Shown here: positions 20,046 to 27,776 of the stretch, piece after piece
Layout of the letters: each line of letters opens with the position of its first letter
Numbering within the stretch: the stretch's first letter is position 1
From: an uncultured virus (IMG/VR IMGVR_UViG_3300009157_000004)
Taxonomy: Duplodnaviria > Heunggongvirae > Uroviricota > Caudoviricetes
DNA length: 64,000 bases
IMG/VR virus record: IMGVR_UViG_3300009157_000004
Reading direction: 5' to 3' (one strand)
Notes under the pieces: generated by a model
Database searches by the model: none
What the model was told of the DNA's origin: nothing
The model's input: the letters and a program-made list of their open reading frames with translations, nothing else
Translations under genes and position numbers: made by a program

Positions 20046-20720
20046 GTGAATATGAAAAGAATCTTATCTATATTATTTTTTCTTTGGATGATTTCATCAG
20101 TTTGCTTGGGTGCATCACCTGAAACAATTAATAGTGACGCTACTGTTAATATTGTAGAGGCGGCTCCAACTACTAACTATGCTACAACGAATCCGATGGA
20201 AATATCCACCTATGGGGCAGCGGATAAGAGAAATGCACTTATTAAATTTGATTTATCTGGAATAACTGGACCCGTTACGGTTTCTTCCGTTGTAATAACA
20301 TTGCAAGATTGGAATGTTTCATCTGGCACGACAGACACGATCAGGTTATATAGATGCCTGAGAAATTGGGTAGAAGGAGAAGCAACCTGGAATATCTATT
20401 CTACTGGTAATTCTTGGTCAACGGCAGGCGGGTCAGGAAGTGGAACTGACAGGGCAGCTAGTGAGTCAGCAAACTGGAATGAGACAACATCAGCCTGGTC
20501 AACTCAAACCATTTCATCTACTACTCAATTATGTTCCGATGTGCAAGATATGATTAATAATGGGTCCAATTATGGTTGGATATTCATTCAAGACTACACT
20601 GCTACACACTATCATGATTTTGCAACGGATGATGATGCGACTCCAGCCAATAGACCGACAATAGTTGTTACATACACTGCTGGGGCATCCTCAACCTCTC
20701 AAGTTATAATGGTGCAATAA
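20046..20720 (+). CDS. signal-peptide protein with DNRLRE/CBM96-like domain
   Basis: MKRILSILFFLWMISSVCLG leader; DATV...PTTNY...NALIKFDLSGI...WVEGEATWN...NYGW...RPTIVVTY pattern. Confidence 0.7.
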   Translation: MNMKRILSILFFLWMISSVCLGASPETINSDATVNIVEAAPTTNYATTNPMEISTYGAADKRNALIKFDLSGITGPVTVSSVVITLQDWNVSSGTTDTIRLYRCLRNWVEGEATWNIYSTGNSWSTAGGSGSGTDRAASESANWNETTSAWSTQTISSTTQLCSDVQDMINNGSNYGWIFIQDYTATHYHDFATDDDATPANRPTIVVTYTAGASSTSQVIMVQ

Positions 20721-22699
20721 TGAAATTAAAATTTCTCGTTATACTTTTGTATCTGTGTATCTCTTCACCTGTTTTTTCCGCTACAATATATATGGGGGCA
20801 GAAGAGACATATACAAATCTACAAGCAGCTATGGCTGAATTGGAAGCCGGTGATACTCTCATTATTAGAGATGGAACCTATATTGGATCGACCAATATGA
20901 TTTCCAATGCCTATCATCCCCCAACAGGAGCAGAAGGAAGCTGGGTTACGATACAGGCTGAACACTCTGGGTCAGTAATCTTTGACGGACAGAATACAAA
21001 CAATATGTTTTATATAGACGGGAATACAGCCGGAAATTTAAATTATCTTAAATTCTCAGGGATCATATGGGGTAGGTCTTCAAGCACTGACGTAGTGTTT
21101 ATCCAAGGTAATACTACATCAACTCATAATAGTCATATATATTTTTCTCAATGTGGTTTTTACGATGGTGGTTCGACACAAAGCACTTCTTATAATGGAT
21201 TGAATATTAGACATACAGATTATGCCTTAGTGGAAGATTGTTATGCGTGGGGAGAATTATATTACGGTATGCTTATGGAAATGGATTCATGTTCAGTTTT
21301 TAGAAGATGCGTAGTTAGGTATGATATACATCGAGGGCCTAGAGGTGGGGGTATCGGAGTTTATTCGTCTTCAGACATGGAGGTTCAAAATTGTATCGTA
21401 ATAGATTGTGATCAAGATGCTACTTATACAGGAGTAACCGAAGCTATCTATGCTTTTGCTTATCCTACAACAGATGGCCCATCTACAAATATCTATAATA
21501 GGGGTAATATTGCATTAAATTTAATTGCAGCAACCAAAATAACATCTAGCTTAATTTCAGCGAATGGTGGGGGGAGTGGATTTACATTTAATGATGTAGT
21601 TTATTGGGATACTTCTGGGGGGTTTTGGGATAGAGTTACAGCAAGTATTTATACAAACTGTATATTTGGTAAATCGGGCGGAGGTATAATTTCAGAGGGC
21701 ATAGCTGGCGGGGGGACGCTTACTAACTCCATTATTCTTGACAATACCACTTATGGGTCAAGTGTTACCGCCTCAAATTACAATGTGTATTATGGGAATG
21801 GAACTGATTTCCACAATACAAGTGATGGAGATCATGATTATTGTGCGGCGAATAGCAACGCTTTTGACCCTGAAACTAATGGTCTTAAATATCTTATCCG
21901 GATAGAGCCGGGATCAACACTTTCGACAGCAGGATCAGGCAGCGGCAGATTGGGGCCAAGGATCTTATATCAGATAGGAGCCACAGGTACATTTTATGGA
22001 GAAACAGGATATAACACAGAAAGTGCTATATCCTTATGGCCTTTTCCTAATGAAGATATTATTAAGGTTAAATTTGCGTCTTACGCCGGTAATACAAATG
22101 GAGAAATAACAGGCTTGAGGGGTTTTGCAGCCACGGGTAAGCAATTAAATGGAACTGATGATATTACCCTTACCTCTTACATTTGGGAATATCTTGGGAA
22201 TCAGATGCCGAGTGATATTTATAACCCCTATTGTACCCTCTCTGGCACACTCGCTACGGGAGCAGATGAGGAAGATATCTATAACGGTGGAGGGACAATA
22301 ATCCTCACGTTGACAGGAGATACTTGGGTTGCTGATGACGGAACTTTTGCTGCTCAAAGACAGAATATAATAGATAGCATAACATCAGTAACCTCAGAAG
22401 CGACAGGATGGAACGCAGAGGTTCGAGATAAAGCTGCCGTTACAGAACTGGTTAGGACTAGCGATACGGTGGCAACATGGACAGTAGGAGCACAAATAGG
22501 TTTTGACATTGAAGCCACAGACGGCCCAATAACCGCTAAACCCCCTGCGACAGCTTTAATGGGTGCAGAAGAACTCACGGCATCCCCGACATTCTCAATC
22601 GGGGCCACAGTAGTTGGGACAGGTATAGCAGCCACATATTCAGCCGGTGGAAGTGCTGCTGTTTATGGAGCAGGTGGAATAACGTTAGTCGGCCCTTAA
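20720..22699 (+). CDS. signal-peptide right-handed beta-helix protein (pectate-lyase-like fold)
   Basis: MKLKFLVILLYLCISSPVFSA leader; LQAAMAELEAGDTLIIRDGTY cap and parallel beta-helix repeats. Confidence 0.7.
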   Translation: MKLKFLVILLYLCISSPVFSATIYMGAEETYTNLQAAMAELEAGDTLIIRDGTYIGSTNMISNAYHPPTGAEGSWVTIQAEHSGSVIFDGQNTNNMFYIDGNTAGNLNYLKFSGIIWGRSSSTDVVFIQGNTTSTHNSHIYFSQCGFYDGGSTQSTSYNGLNIRHTDYALVEDCYAWGELYYGMLMEMDSCSVFRRCVVRYDIHRGPRGGGIGVYSSSDMEVQNCIVIDCDQDATYTGVTEAIYAFAYPTTDGPSTNIYNRGNIALNLIAATKITSSLISANGGGSGFTFNDVVYWDTSGGFWDRVTASIYTNCIFGKSGGGIISEGIAGGGTLTNSIILDNTTYGSSVTASNYNVYYGNGTDFHNTSDGDHDYCAANSNAFDPETNGLKYLIRIEPGSTLSTAGSGSGRLGPRILYQIGATGTFYGETGYNTESAISLWPFPNEDIIKVKFASYAGNTNGEITGLRGFAATGKQLNGTDDITLTSYIWEYLGNQMPSDIYNPYCTLSGTLATGADEEDIYNGGGTIILTLTGDTWVADDGTFAAQRQNIIDSITSVTSEATGWNAEVRDKAAVTELVRTSDTVATWTVGAQIGFDIEATDGPITAKPPATALMGAEELTASPTFSIGATVVGTGIAATYSAGGSAAVYGAGGITLVGP

Positions 22700-22755
22700 C
22701 TGCCATTAGGGATAACCTATAACCTTTTTCAGAGGATTCACGGTGGAGATGCGAG

Positions 22756-23079
22756 ATGGTAAAATACGATTCAAATGGGCGGTGGAAATGGATACTTAGC
22801 GGCGGGACGATCATCGTAGTTATTACTTTCGTCGGTTCCATGTGGTATAACACGAAATCTCTTGCCGAGGATATGCCGGCATGTAAAGCACAGATTGCGC
22901 AGAGTATGGTTGATATCCAAATCTCGGCGCAGAAGAATGCTGAACAGGATGAGGACCTGCTGGAGTTGAAACAGCTCCAGAAAGAGACGCTCAAAGCGTT
23001 TAACGATTTCCAGATCGAGAATGCCAAACAACAGGGCGAGATAATGGCGTTCATTAAATCAAATACGAGGCAGAAATAA
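22756..23079 (+). CDS. single-TM coiled-coil protein
   Basis: hydrophobic segment near N-terminus followed by coiled coil; GGAG RBS. Confidence 0.6.
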   Translation: MVKYDSNGRWKWILSGGTIIVVITFVGSMWYNTKSLAEDMPACKAQIAQSMVDIQISAQKNAEQDEDLLELKQLQKETLKAFNDFQIENAKQQGEIMAFIKSNTRQK

Positions 23080-25376
23080 TGATACTTATTAATGGTTACA
23101 GATGGATCTCAGGTTATCTCTACTCCCCGCGTGTAGTCTTCAGGGAGAAGTTTACTGGTGATGGGGCGGACACTACGTTCCAGCTTTCAGGTGAAGCGAA
23201 CGGATCTCTCAACGCCTCATTCTTACTCGGCGATTGGGCTGCGGCCCGAGTACTGATTACCTCTACTGCCAGCGTGACAAACACCAGCGGATCTCCTACC
23301 TATGATTCGATTATCCCTCTGTTGCGCAATCGCGTAGGTGTTGCGTCTATTAATAGTTCAGGACTCGTGACGCTTGATTATGCACCGAGGAATGGAGTCG
23401 AGTTTTATATCTGGTACTGGTATGAGCTGAATAACAGAGACGTACTAGAGGATTACGAGCAGAGCGATTTTACGTCGAGCATGGAGAGCGGCCAGGAAGC
23501 GTCATCTGTTCTTGCATTACTCGATACAAATAGTTCGAATACGCTTGAGGTCTACTGGAATGAGGATGACACTGCGGATCGGACGCTGGGGATCAAGGTA
23601 GTCGGGGCGAATCGGAGTTTGACTATTGAAGGGGATACGATAGTGAACCAGGATCTGAGCAGTGATGCGAGTCCGACGTTCGGTGGAGTAACTATTCAGG
23701 GCGCTGAGGGGGCAGATGGAATTATTAATCTCTATGCTGACGAAGGTGACAACAATGAAGATAAATGGAGATTTGTAGCGTCTGCTGCTGATAAAAAGTT
23801 TTCAATAGAAAGTTATGAAAGCGGTGCTTGGAAATCTGAACTGCTTTTGAATAATGCCGACACTCGAATTCTTATAGGTGAAGGTGCAGGGAGTGCACTT
23901 ACTACAGGAACCGGCAATGTAATGATTGGAGCTTCGGCAGGGCTTAATGCTACAGAGGCTTTATCTAGCACTATTGTAGGGTCTTCGGCAGGGAGAAGTC
24001 TTACGACAGGAGACCGGAATACATTAATTGGAAACGCGGCAGGTTACCATAATCAGACAGGAAACTACAATACGGCTCTTGGTTTTCACGCGCTATACGG
24101 AGTAATGGGAAATAGTCATACTGCGAACGTTGCAATTGGCAATGAGTCTATGAGAGACATTACTACAGGTGCTTATAATACAGCCGTTGGTTATACTTCG
24201 ATGTTGAGTATAACTGAAGGAAGGGAGAATACAGCCGTTGGATATCTTGCCCTTAATAATATTACTACTGGCGACTGGAATGTAGCTCTTGGGACTAGGG
24301 CTGGTTCAGTAGTTAATGGATTAATCGACAACACTACGGGTGCAAATTCTATCTTTATCGGTTATCAAACCCAGCCTTATGCTGATGGAGATACAAATGA
24401 GATAGTTATAGGGCATATGGCGGAGGGTTACGGCTCGAACACAGCTACCTGGGGGAATACCTCAATAACAAACAATTTTTTCAGTCAGGCTGCTACCATC
24501 ACTGGGACTGAAGCAGGGGACGCAGTTCTTAGTCTAATCGCGGATGAAGGCGACAACGATGCTGATAAATGGCGTCTTACCACTCTGGCTGCCGGGGGTT
24601 TCGAGATTCAGTATTACGGTTCAGGCTCTTGGGTCAGCGGCTTCGCTCTTAATTCAGACCTTTATGCGGCTTATACAATCAGACATGGAATTTATTCGGA
24701 CAGCACAACGCATACCCTGACTTCAACTTCTGTCCCTTGGGCTATGACTTTTGATACCGTTGAACATGAGACGGGTGTAACGAAAGGCAAGACAGGGACA
24801 GTAACTATCGATATCGCAACTCCTGTGGTTGTCCATTGGGCAGGGCATGGCCTTTATGTAGATAGCCCTGTGGTTTTTACCACAGATGGGGCTCTCCCTA
24901 CAGGAATTACGCCCGGGACAAAGTATTATATAATCTCTGCGGGATTTGGAACGGACAGTTTTGAAATATCTGCGACGCCGCAGGGTGCAGCGGTTAATAC
25001 TTCAGGGAGTCAAAGCGGGACACATACAGGGACAAATAGTTCAATTATCACTTTATCCGCGGTTGGTTGTTACGGGTTTATCTTTTCGACTTTGTGTGAC
25101 TGCACGTCAGGTAACGGGACTACAATTGATATTTGGTTCAGGAAAAATGGTGTTAATGTAGATCGGTCGAATACGCGAGTTCAGATTGCAACAGCGTCGA
25201 ATGTGGTTGTTTCTGTAGCAGACATCGCTCTTGACTTGGCCGCCGGAGATAAGATTGAAATGTTCTGGGTGGGGAGCTCAACGAATGATCAGCTTTTGGC
25301 TATAGCTGCGCAGGCAAGTCCAACCAGACCGGCAACTCCAAGCACTATCTTGACTGTCAAGAAGATAAGTAAATAA
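23079..25376 (+). CDS. tail fibre protein with NTAVG-type repeats
   Basis: FTGDGADTTF N-terminus, N(T/V)A(V/L/I)G repeats, HGL...VVFTTDGALPTGITPGTKYY module, C1q-like C-terminus. Confidence 0.75.
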   Translation: MILINGYRWISGYLYSPRVVFREKFTGDGADTTFQLSGEANGSLNASFLLGDWAAARVLITSTASVTNTSGSPTYDSIIPLLRNRVGVASINSSGLVTLDYAPRNGVEFYIWYWYELNNRDVLEDYEQSDFTSSMESGQEASSVLALLDTNSSNTLEVYWNEDDTADRTLGIKVVGANRSLTIEGDTIVNQDLSSDASPTFGGVTIQGAEGADGIINLYADEGDNNEDKWRFVASAADKKFSIESYESGAWKSELLLNNADTRILIGEGAGSALTTGTGNVMIGASAGLNATEALSSTIVGSSAGRSLTTGDRNTLIGNAAGYHNQTGNYNTALGFHALYGVMGNSHTANVAIGNESMRDITTGAYNTAVGYTSMLSITEGRENTAVGYLALNNITTGDWNVALGTRAGSVVNGLIDNTTGANSIFIGYQTQPYADGDTNEIVIGHMAEGYGSNTATWGNTSITNNFFSQAATITGTEAGDAVLSLIADEGDNDADKWRLTTLAAGGFEIQYYGSGSWVSGFALNSDLYAAYTIRHGIYSDSTTHTLTSTSVPWAMTFDTVEHETGVTKGKTGTVTIDIATPVVVHWAGHGLYVDSPVVFTTDGALPTGITPGTKYYIISAGFGTDSFEISATPQGAAVNTSGSQSGTHTGTNSSIITLSAVGCYGFIFSTLCDCTSGNGTTIDIWFRKNGVNVDRSNTRVQIATASNVVVSVADIALDLAAGDKIEMFWVGSSTNDQLLAIAAQASPTRPATPSTILTVKKISK

Positions 25377-25390
25377 GGAGCTATCAATGG

Positions 25391-25636
25391 ATGAACCCTC
25401 AGAGCCTCCCTCATATTCTGAAATTCGCGTGGATCGAATGGATGATGATTATTATCTCGGGCGTAGACTCGACTATTGGGATCTTTGTCGCGTTGCAAAT
25501 GGACAAAGGCAACTGGGACGTGGCGCTACCCCTTTTAGGCTTTGGAGTGTTACTGACTGCAATCGGCCAGGGTGTATGGATCAGATGTCTGCATAATATA
25601 CAACAAAATGGAGGTAAGGATGAGTATAGAATTTAA
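25391..25636 (+). CDS. small two-TM membrane protein (lysis region)
   Basis: two hydrophobic segments, AAGGAG RBS, just before endolysin. Confidence 0.55.
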   Translation: MNPQSLPHILKFAWIEWMMIIISGVDSTIGIFVALQMDKGNWDVALPLLGFGVLLTAIGQGVWIRCLHNIQQNGGKDEYRI

Positions 25637-25970
25637 GAATTTACAAGTGCTCAGAGAGATGCTTGAAGTCGCGTGGCACCCGAAACTGATCGACCTCGTG
25701 TGCTGGATGGAGGTCCGATACAGTAGACTAGTATTTACGTCAGGACACAGGGACGGAGATCCCGGGGTGCATGGTGCTGATCCACTGCGTGGTTATGACC
25801 TGAGATCTACAGTCTACCCCGTACCCCAGAATATCGTAGACGATGTGAACAAGCATTGGATATATGACCCCAGCCGGCCCGAGAAGAAGTGTGTGCTCTA
25901 TCATAAAGTCGAGGGTAACGCATATCACCTACATTTCCAGGTACACGACAACACGGTATACGTTCAATGA
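25620..25970 (+). CDS. endolysin, peptidase M15-like
   Basis: TSGHR...VH...GYDLRS...HLHFQV zinc motifs; GGAGG RBS favours ATG 25620. Confidence 0.75.
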   Translation: MSIEFKNLQVLREMLEVAWHPKLIDLVCWMEVRYSRLVFTSGHRDGDPGVHGADPLRGYDLRSTVYPVPQNIVDDVNKHWIYDPSRPEKKCVLYHKVEGNAYHLHFQVHDNTVYVQ

Positions 25971-26953
25971 AGATAGCCTTTTCAGCATACATTGAAACTG
26001 CCAAATTGATTGTATTCGGCGCGCTTCTATTATTCGGGATTATCTTCGGTCTGCGTACTTACCATTGGATCGAGTCTAAGTTCGATAACGCCGAAGAGCA
26101 GACCAGGCTAGAGATCGCAGCCGCCCGGGAAGAGTACCGGATTACGATCAACCAGCTCCGGGCCGAGACAAAGGTAGTCAGCGACAAGTCTGAGCTTAAT
26201 GCGCTGCTCAAGGATAATGCGGAGATGCGCAAACTGATCGCCGCAAATCACGAGGAGATTAAAAATGTTGGAACGATTACGGGCTCTGTTAACGAGAATC
26301 GATCATTGGTACTTGGGGATGCGTCGGACCATACATTCAGACCGGGCACAGGCGACCCCGAAGAACAGTATTTCAAAAAGATCTACGCGTCCGAAACAGA
26401 CAAAGAAGGCAAGACTATCTCGATCCCCTGGGCGTGGTCGATCACCTATCCCAACAAGGACGAGAGCGAAAGGTGGAAAACGGGGATATACCCTATAGAG
26501 TATAAGACCAAGATAGTGCAAACCGAACAGGCAGATGGGCAATGGAATACATACGTGGAGGCCTGGGCCGAGAATAATAAAGATTCAGACAGCAAAGGGA
26601 TTAAGCTGCCGCTCAAGGTAGACGCGGAGTTTGTCCAGCTGAAGAAGAGCACGAAAGAGTTCTACTGGTGGGACCCGAGACTGTCACTTGATCTCGACGC
26701 AACTCAGCATCTCGTCGGTGCGGGGCTAAGTCTCAGCTTATCCGGATATGGCCGGACCCACTCGGATCTCGATTTCAAATTCGTGGAGTTCGGGATTATT
26801 CGCAGCAATACTGATTACATTTTCAAGTTCTCACCGGGAGCTTACAATATTGGTAAGTCTCTCCCGATAATAGATAACCTCTATATAGGACCTTTCGTAG
26901 GCTACAATAGACCTGATCTGGTCTATGGCCTGTCACTAAGTGTCCCTTTTTAA
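25967..26953 (+). CDS. spanin candidate: N-terminal TM, coiled coil, C-terminal beta strands
   Basis: between endolysin and holin-like gene; ends YGLSLSVPF. Confidence 0.5.
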   Translation: MKIAFSAYIETAKLIVFGALLLFGIIFGLRTYHWIESKFDNAEEQTRLEIAAAREEYRITINQLRAETKVVSDKSELNALLKDNAEMRKLIAANHEEIKNVGTITGSVNENRSLVLGDASDHTFRPGTGDPEEQYFKKIYASETDKEGKTISIPWAWSITYPNKDESERWKTGIYPIEYKTKIVQTEQADGQWNTYVEAWAENNKDSDSKGIKLPLKVDAEFVQLKKSTKEFYWWDPRLSLDLDATQHLVGAGLSLSLSGYGRTHSDLDFKFVEFGIIRSNTDYIFKFSPGAYNIGKSLPIIDNLYIGPFVGYNRPDLVYGLSLSVPF

Positions 26954-26963
26954 GGAGCTGTAC

Positions 26964-27203
26964 ATGACAGAAGAAATTACACGACCAACTGGTTATATGG
27001 AAGAGGCCCCCGGGGTCAAATCCTTCCTGCGTATGGCGAGCTTTACCTGCCTTCTCCAGGCGCTTATATTCTCCTGGTATATTTTGATTAGGGGCGACAC
27101 TTCCGGCAATGGAATGTATCTGACTGTGATGTTTATGCTTGCGGCATTCGCACCCAAGGTGATCCAGAAATTTGCCGAGAATATGCCGAAGCTTAAACAG
27201 TGA
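26964..27203 (+). CDS. putative holin
   Basis: 79 aa, two TM segments, SFLRM and APKVIQKFAE motifs; AAGGAG RBS. Confidence 0.65.
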   Translation: MTEEITRPTGYMEEAPGVKSFLRMASFTCLLQALIFSWYILIRGDTSGNGMYLTVMFMLAAFAPKVIQKFAENMPKLKQ

Positions 27204-27214
27204 CGAATTTAAAC

Positions 27215-27244
27215 TTGACAACACTACCTCTTACCTCTTAGACT
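27215..27244 (+). promoter_or_regulatory. sigma70-type promoter
   Basis: TTGACA-N18-TAGACT in the intergenic gap after the lysis cassette. Confidence 0.7.
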
Positions 27245-27250
27245 AATCTC

Positions 27251-27305
27251 GCATAGTGATTCTCCTTTCCTTGGCGGGGGTGTGGACTTCAACCATACCC
27301 TCGCT
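27251..27305 (+). ncRNA. candidate small RNA / leader with anti-SD tract and 12-bp hairpin
   Basis: TCTCCTTTCC then GCGGGGGTGTGG/CCATACCCTCGC stem, directly after promoter. Confidence 0.45.
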
Positions 27306-27335
27306 CTATCTTATTAACTATTCGAGGAGGACTTA

Positions 27336-27776
27336 ATGAAACGGTGTGAACCGAGTTTAGCTCTACCCACTATAGATCTATGGGTTAAGAACTATTTTAT
27401 ACCCAGATTCAAATTGGACTGCCAGTGTAAGATCTCTCAGAGTGCTCTCGATAATCTGACAGCTTGGCATTATTATGAGAAACTCTATGATCAGCTGTAT
27501 GAACATCTTATATTCCATTTCGAAACTTCCTTAGCAGGTAACACCACACAGCAATATTTTTATGATCACGTACACGTTCCTGCAACAGCTTGGCAACATT
27601 TTAAACGCGATTATCTGCCGATCTGGTTCAGCAACCTCTTCCCCGTACGAACAAAAGAGATTGTTTGCAAAACCGAGATTATCAATAATTGGATTTGTCC
27701 GCATATCTCTCTGCCAGAAAAGGATGAAGCTCATTTTAGATTTATCGAATCGAAAGGAGGACTTAATGACAACTAA
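27336..27776 (+). CDS. hypothetical protein
   Basis: 146 aa, AGGAGG RBS. Confidence 0.7.
   Translation: MKRCEPSLALPTIDLWVKNYFIPRFKLDCQCKISQSALDNLTAWHYYEKLYDQLYEHLIFHFETSLAGNTTQQYFYDHVHVPATAWQHFKRDYLPIWFSNLFPVRTKEIVCKTEIINNWICPHISLPEKDEAHFRFIESKGGLNDN

Noticed and set aside
23079..25376. Diversity-generating retroelement target
   Set aside because: No reverse transcriptase in the window, and the internal repeat differs at non-adenine positions.
25387..25596. Alternative-frame 69-aa ORF
   Set aside because: The overlapping 25391 frame gives a two-TM protein that fits the lysis cassette better; dual use is unsupported.
27243..27271. Minus-strand RBS plus ATG giving M-R-D-stop
   Set aside because: Only three codons; read instead as the anti-SD face of a + strand RNA, though a minigene cannot be fully excluded.
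27562..27765. N-terminal extension of the phosphoesterase ORF
   Set aside because: Overlaps 27336..27776; AGGAGG RBS supports ATG 27766.
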